A stretch of 64,000 bases of DNA from an uncultured cyanobacterium (GCA_963766075.1 CAVYAN010000017.1:1-64000), one strand, 5' to 3'. Positions 1 to 9,726 are shown, counted from the first letter of the stretch. Made by a program: numbers and translations. Notes: generated by a model from the sequence alone, not told the origin.

Positions 1-909
1 AAGCCCAAGCTGACCCCAAGTTTCAGATACCTTTTACTATGCCCGGATCAGGTCGTGCGGTGCGCATGGCGCTGATCCATGAGAAAGGTTATGCCGAGAC
101 CCAACTGCCAACGCGTCAGACCATCGGGGAAATCCTTAATCATCTGGGCTATCGCCTAAAAAAACTCAAAAAACCCAACCTTTAAAAAAACTGCCGCAAA
201 CCGAGGCCATTTTCGAGAATGTGTTTCGGGAAAATCAAGTCGCCGATGACAATCCCCAGTCATTACGCATTTCGATCGATAGCAAAGCCAAAGTGAAGAT
301 TGGCAACCTTCCCGAGACGGCAAAGCCCGCACCCTTGACCCCAAACAAGCGGATGACCATGACATGGCATGGCAAGCCGTCCTCGTCCCCTTTGGCATTT
401 TGAATACCCGCACTGACCAACTCGCGATTTACATGGGCCAGTCAGCGGAAACCAGTGATTTTATCGTCGATTGTCTGGCCGATTGGTGGCAGCACAACCA
501 AGCGGATTATCCAGACCTCGATGAGTGGGTCATTGACCTCGATGGGGGATCAGCGACCCGCAGTGACCGGACGCAATTTATCAAACGCATGGTCGAATTA
601 ACCCAAGCCATTGGGGTGCGCATTCGATTGATTTACTATCCCCCATACCACAGCAAATATAATCCGATTGAGCGGTGTTGGGCGATTTTAGAAAACTATT
701 GGAATGGAGCCATTTTAGATTCCGTTACCGCCGCCGTCAATTGGGCCAGCAACATGACTTGGAAGGGCATCACACCGATGGTCAAATTGGTCGAAACCGC
801 CTATGAAAAAGGCATAAAACTGTCACCAGAACAATTGAAACCCTATCAACCTTTCTGGCAGCCTTCTCAAATCTTACCCAAATGGGACATCACCATTGTG
901 CCCTCTTGA
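1..909 (+). pseudogene. ISAzo13-family (Rhodopirellula-type DDE) transposase, 5'-truncated by the window and frameshifted
   Basis: Coding split across frames (221..403, 364..909); A-runs at 158-190 could be a programmed slip site or sequencing errors. Confidence 0.8.
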
Positions 910-936
910 TTGGGATGTTATTTACCCGCAACTCCC
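1..936 (+). mobile_element. ISAzo13-family insertion sequence, right-hand part
   Basis: Transposase motifs RISIDSKAKVKIG, YYPPYHSKYNPIERCW, MTWKG, KWDITI. A short terminal segment ...GTTATTTACCCGCAACTCCC followed by TAA comes next, and then an unrelated primase-like frame resumes. Confidence 0.8.
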
Positions 937-3306
937 TAAGCGGTTCGTGGAAATCCTAAAAATTCGATTTTGGGGCACTAGCGAGGCGTTTTTCAAATTG
1001 GGCCAACCGAATGGCCAGACTGGCGTTCAGGCCATTCTAGAGCGGTTTTTAGTCGATCTCACCACGTTCAGTTCAGAGCGGCTGATCTATGAGGCGGGGG
1101 CTGATTTAGGTCCAGGACTGGAACAGAGGCGGCCCGCGCCACGGGTCTATCCAGGCGGGGTGCTAGACCTGGATAAGATCGCTGAACCAACTGAGATCCA
1201 GCGGGCACAGGCGCAGGCGAACCGCGCCGCAGCGCGAAAAAAAATTGAGCGGGAGCGACTCTCGGCGGCAATCCAGCATGTCCGGCAGACGGAGCCAGAT
1301 GTGACCGAACACGCTGCAAAAATCGTGGCACTATCTGCCATCAAAAAATGCGACAAACTCGTTTTGGGACGGGACCACAGACTGTTCCTGGCAGACGGTA
1401 CAGAGGTCAGCGCGGGTGAGATAACCGATGACCATCACGGGATAACGCTGCGAGATCCACAAGAACCTGGATACGACAGTGGGCGGTGTGTGGCTAAAAT
1501 CCTCGCTGGCAGAAACGGCATCACAATCCACTCGTTTGCCTACGGGAAGCGGGTTTACACGGTTGAGTCAAGTTCAGAGATAAAAAAAACGGACAAGTTA
1601 AGATCGGGACCAGAGGATTCGAGCGATTCTGCAATCCCCAAACCACAGCTAGAGATTGAGGCAGGCTCAATTCACGACACGGCTGAAACCGTCCTGCACA
1701 ATTTCGCCGCCGAAACCGATCCAAGGTCGCGGATCTATGCCCAGGGCAACAGTAACGGCTATACCCTGGTTCGGGTTCTGCGACCTGTGGATGGGAAACA
1801 CTCTCGATACCTGTCGATTGCCGACGGAAACGATGTCCTGGAGCCTCTGACGGTAGATTCGTTGCAGTGCGAAATCAATAGGAAATTTGAAATTTTTAAG
1901 GTTGTCGAAGGAAAGGATGGGCCTGATTTCCGCTCGATAGACTGTCCAGCGGCTTTGGCGAAACACATCATGTCCCTGGGGCGGTGGCCTCAACTGCCCA
2001 TCCTGCGAGGGCTTTCCTACAATCCGCTACTCACCAAAACTGGTGAGGTGATCAGCGCAGCCCGGTTACCACGAAGGAACAGGTATATCTGCTGCAATTT
2101 GAACCCAGCAATTTCAAGATCACAGCTACCCCCACAAAACAGGATGCTCAGGCAGCGCTAGCGTTACTAGTGGACCTGCTAAGGGAGTTCTGTTTCAAAA
2201 CGGATGTGGACCGGTCGGCGGCCCTAGCTCTGCTGCTCACCTCAATTTCTCGGAAACTGTATGCCCTGGCTCCACTCTCTGCGATAACGCCCATCAGCCG
2301 GGACAGGCAAAGGCACCTTGTTGCCCTGCCATCAATCCTGGCAACCGGCAACAAGGAAGCGGGTGTGGCGGGATTTACGGACGATGAAGCCGAAATGGGC
2401 AAACGGATGCTGGCGACCTTATTGAGCGGAACCCCGATCGTAACATTGACAACGTTGACCGGCGACTGGGCGGGGGCACGTTGGAGCGGGTGTTGACCGC
2501 CGAATAGTACACCGACCGAATTTTGGGGGTCAGCAAAAACGCCACCGTTGGCACTCAGGTCACGTGGACGGCCAATGGCAATAACCTGGCATTTACAACG
2601 GATATGGCACGGCGCACGATTTTGATTGAACTAGACGCTGGGGTTGAGCTACCAGAGGCACGGTCATTCAGTCGAGATATTGAAAAATACGCGCTAGAAC
2701 ATCGCGGGGCGCTGGTCAGTGCAGCAATAACCGTGCTGCAAGCGTATCTGCTGGCCGGGTCTCCAATGCCAGAGGATGCAGATGGTAACCCCATCAATCC
2801 ACCTAAGCTCGGCAGTTTTGGGGACTGGGATTCCGTGGTCAGGCGGGCGCTGTTGTGGTTGGGGCAGCCCGATCCCGTGCTATCCCAGTCTACTATCCGA
2901 GAATCGGACGATAACCGACTGGCGTTGGCGGCATTACTGGAAAGCTGGCATGAGTCTGAGGGTAGCGCCCCGCTAACGGCTCAGGCATTGATTCAGCGGG
3001 CGATCGCAACGCAACGGTGACCTCAAAAACACCCTGCTGGAGATCTGCTTGGATCGCCAGGGGCAGCCGTCGCCAAAACTGTTGGGGTATTTTCTGCGGC
3101 GCAGTAATGGCGTTGTGGTGAACGGGTATCGCCTAACGCGACGGCCCAAAACAAAATCTGGCGTTGAATGGTCGGTTGAGGTGGTGACGATAACAAAACC
3201 ATCGTCACCGCCCTCAAACACAATCACAGCAACGGTTTCTCGTTTTGGTGGTGACGATGGTGACGATACTCCTAACCGCTCTGGATCAGAGTACGAGGAA
3301 TGGTGA
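937..3306 (+). pseudogene. Putative primase-helicase replication protein, IS-interrupted at the 5' end, multiple indels
   Basis: ORFs 896..2161, 2170..2496, 2523..3020 and 3049..3306 join into one protein. Reconstructed Walker A GTGKGTL near 2300, Walker-B-like IDNV near 2445, ANGNNL and DMARR motifs, LGSFGDW. Confidence 0.7.
3183..3267. repeat. Iteron-like cluster 1 (GGTGACGAT inverted pair, 40-bp spacer, tandem pair)
   Basis: GGTGACGAT 3183, ATCGTCACC 3201, GGTGACGAT 3250 and 3259. Confidence 0.75.
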
Positions 3307-3698
3307 TGGCGACACCTGAATGGAAACCCCAGATTGAAGAGAAGTTCATCTGGCGGAATCGCACTGTTCTCACCTGCGTAAAGCGGGTGATTCAGCCAGA
3401 AACCGGTAAGCGTTGCTTGATCGGACGCAAAGTGACCGGCAGTGGCTACCTGGACGGAGAATTGCTTGAGTTAGAGGAATGCCGCCCCTACTGGGAACCT
3501 GCACCCGGAGATCGCGTGCAATTGGCCGTTGACTGGTTTGCCCCACCCCTTGTTCTGGGCACGCAAGGGGAGTGCTCTTGCTGCTTTGTGGACTCTTACG
3601 GGCTGCGATTGATTAGGGTGGTGTTTGATAATGGTCAGCATCGAGTTCGAGATTTCCAGCCGATTTGGTTTCTGCCTGCCGATGCCTCTCCAGGGTGA
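3300..3698 (+). CDS. Hypothetical protein of the element, possible SH3-like C-terminus
   Basis: 132-aa ORF; PGDRVQL...GTQG...RVVFDNG pattern. Confidence 0.55.
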   Translation: MVMATPEWKPQIEEKFIWRNRTVLTCVKRVIQPETGKRCLIGRKVTGSGYLDGELLELEECRPYWEPAPGDRVQLAVDWFAPPLVLGTQGECSCCFVDSYGLRLIRVVFDNGQHRVRDFQPIWFLPADASPG

Positions 3699-3773
3699 CG
3701 ATGCTATTTCATCGTCACCACACTCAAAGCCTTACACTGAAAGGATTCCCCGGTTTAGTGGTGACGATGGTGA
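3694..3773. repeat. Iteron-like cluster 2
   Basis: GGTGACGAT 3694, ATCGTCACC 3711, GGTGACGATGGTGA 3760; same 40-bp spacer as cluster 1. Confidence 0.75.
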
Positions 3774-3831
3774 ATCCCAGCGAGCTAGAAAGTGAAATCA
3801 GGAGATTCAGTTACAGGAAGGAGACAGCACT

Positions 3832-5016
3832 CTACGGCTTAATCCCTGTCTTCAGCTCATCCAGGTAATCCGCCCAGTGCTGTACCATCTTCCTGCGCTC
3901 TTCCAAATGCTTGGTGCGGTTGTAGGCTCTGCCCAGTGGGTCTCTAACCTCGTGAGCAAGTTGGTGTTCGATTAGCTCCGGTCTGTACCCCAAGACTTCA
4001 TCAAGCAGGGTTCGGGCCGTTGCCCTAAAGCCATGGCCGGATTGCTCTTCCTTTGGGATTCCTAGGGTTCTGAGAGCCGTCAATACACCATTGTCAGACA
4101 GTGGCCGTGCTGGAGTGCGACCCGTGAACACCCATTCACTACTCTGGGTAAGGGGATGCAACTCTTCCAGAATGGCGATCGCTTGGGAACTCAGGGGCAC
4201 GATATGCTGCGTCTGAGTCTTGGTCACCAAATAGCGCCACTCCTTGGCTGCAAAATCCACATCAGCCCATCGCATCCGCCGCAGTTCCCCCGGTCTCACG
4301 AAAACCAGAGGGGCTAGCCTGAGGGCAGAGCGGACCACCAGTCCGCCTTGGTAGCCATCCATCGCTTTCAACAACTCACCTAGCCGCTTGGGGTCAGTAG
4401 TTGCTGCAAAGTGTCCATTTTTTACTGGTGCAAGCGCTCCTCGCAAATCGCCGCACGGATCGCGATCTGCTCTGCTGGTGGCGATCGCGTAGCGAAACAC
4501 CTGGCTGATAATCTGCTTCTCCCGGTGCGCCGTCTCAATGGCCCCCCGTTCTTCAACTCTACGCAACACCTTCAAAACTTCAGGGGCGGTGATTTGCGAG
4601 ATCGGGCGCTTACCCAACCAGGGGAAAACATCTTTTTCTAGCCGATCTATTACGGTTTTGGCATGGCTGGCAGCCCATTTGGTTTTTTGCTTTTCAAACC
4701 ACTCACGGGCCGCCACCTCAAAGCTGTTCTGATTTTGGACAGCCAAACCAGTTTTGGTCGCTTGTTTGTGTGCACTGGGGTCGATGCCGCTGGACAGTAG
4801 TTCCCGTGCCTCGTCTCTGCGCTTGCGGGCTTCCTTGAGTCCAACATCTGGATATTTACCAAAACCAAGCCGCTTTTCCTTACCATCAAACCGGTATTTC
4901 AGCCGCCACAACTTGCCCCCGGCTGGGCTTACCTCTAAGTACAAACCTTTCTCGTCCCACAACCTTACAGCTTTCCCCGTGGGCTTTGCATTCTTAATCG
5001 CCACCTTGGTCAACAT
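3832..5016 (-). CDS. P4-like tyrosine integrase with arm-DNA-binding domain
   Basis: N-terminal DEKGLYLEVSPAGGKLWRLKYRFDGKEKRL; catalytic RPGE, HGFR, QLAH, RAYNR. Confidence 0.95.
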   Translation of the reverse strand: MLTKVAIKNAKPTGKAVRLWDEKGLYLEVSPAGGKLWRLKYRFDGKEKRLGFGKYPDVGLKEARKRRDEARELLSSGIDPSAHKQATKTGLAVQNQNSFEVAAREWFEKQKTKWAASHAKTVIDRLEKDVFPWLGKRPISQITAPEVLKVLRRVEERGAIETAHREKQIISQVFRYAIATSRADRDPCGDLRGALAPVKNGHFAATTDPKRLGELLKAMDGYQGGLVVRSALRLAPLVFVRPGELRRMRWADVDFAAKEWRYLVTKTQTQHIVPLSSQAIAILEELHPLTQSSEWVFTGRTPARPLSDNGVLTALRTLGIPKEEQSGHGFRATARTLLDEVLGYRPELIEHQLAHEVRDPLGRAYNRTKHLEERRKMVQHWADYLDELKTGIKP

Positions 5017-5171
5017 GGGGGCATTTTTTCACTCAATAAACACCATGCCCCCAATTATGCCCCCGCCAATGCACGGATGTCACTGGACTAACCTGGACAA
5101 TATCGGACTTAAAAACGCTCGTAACCGCCTCTGGCTAAGGAAGTATCGGACGTACATGGATACTATTGGAC
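5017..5171. promoter_or_regulatory. att-arm region: integrase arm-type repeats and 10-bp-phased GGAC repeats
   Basis: GGGGGCAT 5017, ATGCCCCC 5045 and 5057; GGA(C/T) at 5075, 5085, 5095, 5105 and 5148, 5158, 5168. Confidence 0.6.
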
Positions 5172-5181
5172 CTTAATTAAA

Positions 5182-5254
5182 TGGAGCTAAGCGGATTCGA
5201 ACCGCTGACCCCTTCAATGCCATTGAAGTGCGCTACCAACTGCGCTATAGCCCC
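5182..5254 (-). tRNA. tRNA-Ala(GGC)
   Basis: Reverse complement GGGGCTATAGCGCAGTTGGTAGCGC-CTTCAATGGCATTGAAG-GGTTCGAATCC-TAGCTCCA forms a cloverleaf with anticodon GGC. Confidence 0.97.
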
Positions 5255-5311
5255 TCGATGCCCTCACTAGTATCCTGTGAGACGGTAGATTCGTCAAGTC
5301 ATGGGAAAAAA

Positions 5312-5803
5312 TTAAAGCTGTTTGCAATAGATGAGATCGCAACGGCGGGTTTCAATACCCGTTGCCATAGTATAGCCACTGGTTTCGTAAAGCTGGACGG
5401 CGGCTTTGAGGATACTGGCAGTTTCGATCCAGATTTCGCGAAAGCCCTGGGTGGCGATTTTGGCCTCCAATTGCGCTAAGAGGAATCGTCCTAACCCGTA
5501 GCCCCGAATTGTGGGCAGAAAGTACATTTTGCGAATTTCCACAGCGCCAGGAGTGCGGGAAACAGGATAGTAAGCAGCGGTTCCGACCAATTGGCGATCG
5601 CGCTCAATCACCCAAAATTCTCCGCCGATGGCGGTGTAATAGGTCTCAATATCTAAAACATCGCGATCGGCCCCTTGCGGTTCCCAGCCCAACCCATATT
5701 CAGCCAGAATTGTAGCAATTAGATCGGCCACGGCGGTGCGATCAGGGGGTGCCCATGGGCGGATCGCCAAGTCTTTGTAATAGAAGAGCATCGAGTCAGG
5801 CAT
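5312..5803 (-). CDS. GNAT family N-acetyltransferase
   Basis: EIRKMYFLPTIRGYGLG acetyl-CoA motif; AVQLYETSGY. Confidence 0.9.
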   Translation of the reverse strand: MPDSMLFYYKDLAIRPWAPPDRTAVADLIATILAEYGLGWEPQGADRDVLDIETYYTAIGGEFWVIERDRQLVGTAAYYPVSRTPGAVEIRKMYFLPTIRGYGLGRFLLAQLEAKIATQGFREIWIETASILKAAVQLYETSGYTMATGIETRRCDLIYCKQL

Positions 5804-5835
5804 TAACTTCAGGCATTAACTTTCAGGCATTAACT
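5796..5835. repeat. 13-14-bp tandem repeat x3 at the miaE stop / GNAT start junction
   Basis: TCAGGCATTAACT at 5796, 5809, 5823. Confidence 0.85.
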
Positions 5836-6447
5836 ATGGATTCGGGGTTCTGGGTGCAGTGTCGCTAACAGGTCGCTTTCTACGGCAGCGAGCTCTGCTA
5901 ACCGTTGGTTAACGCTTTCGCGATCGCTATAGGTGACGGCCAGAGTCCAGTAAGCGCCGTAGTGACGGGCCTCAGATGCCATTAAGCTGCGATAGAAGCG
6001 AGCGAGGGGTACATCCGGGATGTGGGCAGCAAGCAAACCCAAACGCTCGTGGCTGCGGGCCTCAATGAGGGCGGAAACAAGGAGCGTGTCCAGGAGGCGG
6101 TGGGGTTCACTGCGGCGGATGTGCTGGTTTAAACCAGCCCCATAGGGTGGAGCAGCCAGCGGTGCTAGGGCAATTTGGCGCTCTTCCAGAATTTGGTTCA
6201 CCTGATCGAAATGCGCCAACTCTTCCTGGGCGATCGCCGTGAGGGTTCGCACCAGCTTAGTGTTGGACGGATAGCGAAACATCAAATTCATCGCCACACC
6301 CGCCGCCTTACGTTCGCAATGGGAGTGGTCCAGCAAAATTGTATCCAAATGGGCGAGGGCTTGGTCCAGCCAGGGGCGCGCAGTCGGTTGCTGTAGAAAT
6401 TTGATCGTTGCTGGGATGGAAACCAGGGTTGCCAAGGAAGAAGCCAT
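5830..6447 (-). CDS. miaE: tRNA-(ms2io6A) hydroxylase
   Basis: DHSHCERKAA, EELAHF, IEARSHERL, SEARHY di-iron motifs; ends PRIHS. Confidence 0.92.
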   Translation of the reverse strand: MASSLATLVSIPATIKFLQQPTARPWLDQALAHLDTILLDHSHCERKAAGVAMNLMFRYPSNTKLVRTLTAIAQEELAHFDQVNQILEERQIALAPLAAPPYGAGLNQHIRRSEPHRLLDTLLVSALIEARSHERLGLLAAHIPDVPLARFYRSLMASEARHYGAYWTLAVTYSDRESVNQRLAELAAVESDLLATLHPEPRIHS

Positions 6448-6659
6448 AAAGAATCTACGGGTCTGAATCCTATCCTAGTATCCCCTTTAATGGTGCTGAT
6501 AGCAGGTAACAAATACCCCAATCGCCGCCTCCCGGACTCGGGTTGCGCGCGCGGCCCAGGTTTTCCATTGGCCCATCACTGCCGCAGCCATTCAGTTAAA
6601 ATATCCAAGTCACAGCAAAGTTTTGCTATATTTTTCACGGATTCACCCAGGATTTCACT

Positions 6660-7487
6660 ATGGCTAGTCAGCATCCCATTCCCGTCGTTGTCAACGGAGC
6701 CGCCGGTAAAATGGGGCGGGAAGTTGTCAAAGCCGTTGCCCAGGCCGAAGACATGGTGCTGTTAGGAGCCATCGATCGCGCCCCTGAGATCCAGGGTCAG
6801 GACATTGGTGAACTCGCAGGCTGCGGACCTCTGGAAGTCCCTATCATGAATGATCTGCAACCCATCCTCGCCATGGCAGGCCAAGAAAAGCAGCAGGGCG
6901 TCATGGTTGATTTCACCCATCCCGACTCAGTGTATGAGAATATTCGCGCGGCGATAGCTTATGGCGTCTTTCCCGTCGTCGGCACCACCGGCCTCAGTTC
7001 CACCCAAGTCCAAGAGTTATCCGACTTTGCCGACAAAGCCAGCATGGGCTGCCTCCTCTGTCCCAACTTTTCCATTGGGGTGGTCCTGATGCAACAGGCC
7101 GCTATCCAAGCCTCCAAATACTTCGATCACGTCGAAATTATTGAACTCCATCACAATCAAAAGGCCGACGCCCCCAGTGGCACCGCCATTCAAACGGCCC
7201 AATTGATTGCTGAAATGGGCAAAACCTTCAACCTGCCCCAAGTCAAAGAAACCGAAAAATTAGCGGGAGCGCGAGGTAGCCAAGCCGACGCCGACATTCG
7301 GATTCACAGCATTCGGCTGCCGGGACTGATTGCTCACCAAGAGATTATCTTTGGGGCACCGGGACAGGTCTATACCCTTCGGCACGACACCAGCGATCGC
7401 GCCTGTTACATGCCGGGGGTGCTCCTGGCAATTCGCAAAGTCATTCACCTGAAACAATTGGTGTACGGCCTAGAAAAGATTTTGTAG
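6660..7487 (+). CDS. dapB: 4-hydroxy-tetrahydrodipicolinate reductase
   Basis: [29 protein letters not shown]. Confidence 0.97.
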   Translation: MASQHPIPVVVNGAAGKMGREVVKAVAQAEDMVLLGAIDRAPEIQGQDIGELAGCGPLEVPIMNDLQPILAMAGQEKQQGVMVDFTHPDSVYENIRAAIAYGVFPVVGTTGLSSTQVQELSDFADKASMGCLLCPNFSIGVVLMQQAAIQASKYFDHVEIIELHHNQKADAPSGTAIQTAQLIAEMGKTFNLPQVKETEKLAGARGSQADADIRIHSIRLPGLIAHQEIIFGAPGQVYTLRHDTSDRACYMPGVLLAIRKVIHLKQLVYGLEKIL

Positions 7488-7524
7488 AAGGCTAGATCGC
7501 GCGCTGATCTGAATTGCCGTCGAT

Positions 7525-7565
7525 AAAAAAATTGCCTGACCCTTAAAAGCCCCCAGGGTCAGGCA
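7525..7565 (-). terminator. Intrinsic terminator, possibly bidirectional
   Basis: TGCCTGACCCT...AGGGTCAGGCA stem preceded by an A7 run (U-tract on the minus strand). Confidence 0.75.
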
Positions 7566-7925
7566 GTCTACCTGAAAGAAACACTGTCCTAGTCGAAACA
7601 GCCAAACAAACTTAGTTGCCCCCTAATTTGTTCAACTCTTCCGAACAGCGCACCTCAGATATTTTCCAATTGTGCGCTAATATTTCATCCCTACCATCCG
7701 ATAGAGTACTCATAATGTGCATTTGAAGTAATGCCAAAATCCGTAAATTTACCCTCTACAACCGTTGATTTATTCCAGCAATTTGGAAATTTTAGATTTT
7801 GATTCACATCTGTTGAATACCCTTGAATCCCCCCAAGAAACTCTTCTAGACCCGTGTTTCTGGCTCCTTTGGCTCACCTTTGTAGCCGCGTAGCACTATC
7901 CCAAAATCCAACCTCCAAAAACTGC

Positions 7926-8912
7926 ATGCTTGTTCCTCTTACTCGCAAGACCTTTGAAACCTTGATTCCTGCCGTGGCGACAGGGGCGCAGTATGCCTAC
8001 AGTGCTGGCAAAGTTCCCGACTTTCTGCGGCGGTTACTGATTTCCGTTGTGGGCATCGTGATTTTGCTCCTGATTGGGACCCTGCTCAAGTTAGAAGATG
8101 TGGGTATTGTACGGTTGTTGTTGGGGATCGCTTCGGGCCTTTACTGGCTGTGGGGACCGGTGTTTTGGTCCAGCGTGAAAAATTTTAAGTATCGTCGATT
8201 TGCCTACACGGGCCTGTGGCGGGGGGAAGTGCTGGATGTTTACATCACCGATGAGCTGATTGGCCAGGAAGAAACGGTAAACAATCGCGGGGAATTGGTG
8301 ATTACGGACAACCGCGAGCGGCGCTTGAACCTAGAGGTGGGAGACGAAACCGGATTTTCCACCCGGTTGCAGGTGCCGCTGAAGAAGGAGCACCAGGCGA
8401 TCGCCCAGGGCGATCGTGCAGAAATGGTGGTTTTATCCAGTCGTCCCGACCTAAGCCGCATTAGTGCTACCACTGATATCTATATTCCCGATTGCAACGT
8501 TTGGGTGAGTGACTATCCCTATCTGCAACGGGAAGCCTTCATTGAAATTAGTCAACGCCTAGAAGATCAAGAAGACGATCGCCGCCAACCCGAACGGCCC
8601 CGGCGTAGCCAGCGCCAACCCCGCTACGGGACATCGCGACAGCAATCCCGCCGCGATCGGGATGCCTTTGCCGAGGACTACCGTTCCAATGACTACGGCC
8701 AGGATGACTATGGCCAAGATGACTACGGCCAAGACGATGATTATCGAGCTGCCCGCGATCGCCCCCGTGTGGACGACTATTTTGCCCCAAGATCGCGGCG
8801 ATCGGCCCGTACTCCCGGCAATTCCCAGGGGCAATCGAGCAATCGCCCGTCGGGAAATCGCCCGTCAGGAAATCGCCCGTCGAGCAATCGGCGGCGAAGA
8901 GATCGGCCCTAG
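7926..8912 (+). CDS. Conserved cyanobacterial membrane protein with a repetitive disordered C-terminal tail
   Basis: MLVPLTRKTFETLIP start, two hydrophobic helices, DYGQD x3 and S(G/S)NRP x3 tail. Confidence 0.8.
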   Translation: MLVPLTRKTFETLIPAVATGAQYAYSAGKVPDFLRRLLISVVGIVILLLIGTLLKLEDVGIVRLLLGIASGLYWLWGPVFWSSVKNFKYRRFAYTGLWRGEVLDVYITDELIGQEETVNNRGELVITDNRERRLNLEVGDETGFSTRLQVPLKKEHQAIAQGDRAEMVVLSSRPDLSRISATTDIYIPDCNVWVSDYPYLQREAFIEISQRLEDQEDDRRQPERPRRSQRQPRYGTSRQQSRRDRDAFAEDYRSNDYGQDDYGQDDYGQDDDYRAARDRPRVDDYFAPRSRRSARTPGNSQGQSSNRPSGNRPSGNRPSSNRRRRDRP

Positions 8913-8922
8913 GGTGAGGTCT

Positions 8923-9552
8923 TCAAATTGGACTGTTACGTTCACGCCCATAAGCCTGCCACGCCAATTCTACTAACCCATTGATGATGGCCGCAGCAAC
9001 CACCGCACTCCCTTTGCGCCCGTCAATGCAAATATTGGGGATCAGAGAATCCGCCAACCGCTTTTTGGCCGCAGCTACATCGACAAAACCCGCCGGAGTC
9101 CCAATCACCAGGGCAGGCTTGATTTCTTCGGCATCGATTAAATCCACCAATACAGTCAGTGCGGTTTGGGCTTGGCCAATGACAAAAATACCCTCAGGAT
9201 AGCGTCTGGCCAGGGTTTCAATGCCCCAGGCGGCCCGCGTTTTTTCTTTTTGAGGGCGTGTAATTGCCTCCATGCTGCAATACACCGAGTTGGCAAAAGT
9301 ACCCTGAATTGTGGGAGCAATGCCAACTTGCACCATGGGGACATCCACAATAATCGTAGAACGTGCCGCCAGGGCTGCCGCACCAGACTGTAGGGCTAAA
9401 TCTGAAAATCGGACTAGGGACTTATATTCAAAGTCGGCAGTAGCATAGATTACCCGCCGAACAATTTCATATTCCGCCGGAGAAAATGTATGGTTGCCGA
9501 CCTCGCGATCGATAATTGCCAAACTTTGGGCGTCCGTTACATGCCACTCCAT
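8923..9552 (-). CDS. cobH: Precorrin-8X methylmutase family protein
   Basis: VRRVIYATADFEY, VIGTPAGFV, GRKGSAVVAAA. Confidence 0.88.
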   Translation of the reverse strand: MEWHVTDAQSLAIIDREVGNHTFSPAEYEIVRRVIYATADFEYKSLVRFSDLALQSGAAALAARSTIIVDVPMVQVGIAPTIQGTFANSVYCSMEAITRPQKEKTRAAWGIETLARRYPEGIFVIGQAQTALTVLVDLIDAEEIKPALVIGTPAGFVDVAAAKKRLADSLIPNICIDGRKGSAVVAAAIINGLVELAWQAYGRERNSPI

Positions 9553-9726
9553 CGCGTTCCCCCATACAAATCATTCCAGGTAAAATCTCCTACCCAAAAC
9601 GCTCTAGGAACAGAATACGCGATGACGCGCTTTCTGTCACAGAGAGCTGACACGAGAGCGAACGATGCGAAACGCTGACTTTAGGGACTTGCAAAAAATA
9701 GAGCCTCCCTACTCCCAGCGGTGGAT

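Larger units (their letters stand above)
1..5200. mobile_element. Integrative element (phage-satellite/PICI-like) at the 3' end of tRNA-Ala(GGC); other end outside the window
   Basis: P4-like integrase directly beyond the tRNA 3' end, primase/helicase-like gene, iteron-like repeats, IS insertion, low HIP1 density (three copies seen by eye). Confidence 0.8.

Noticed and set aside
896..936. Start of ORF 896..2161 as a genuine N-terminus
   Set aside because: These codons lie within the IS terminus
9553..9720. Cobalamin riboswitch upstream of cobH
   Set aside because: No B12-box or other recognisable core motifs on the minus strand
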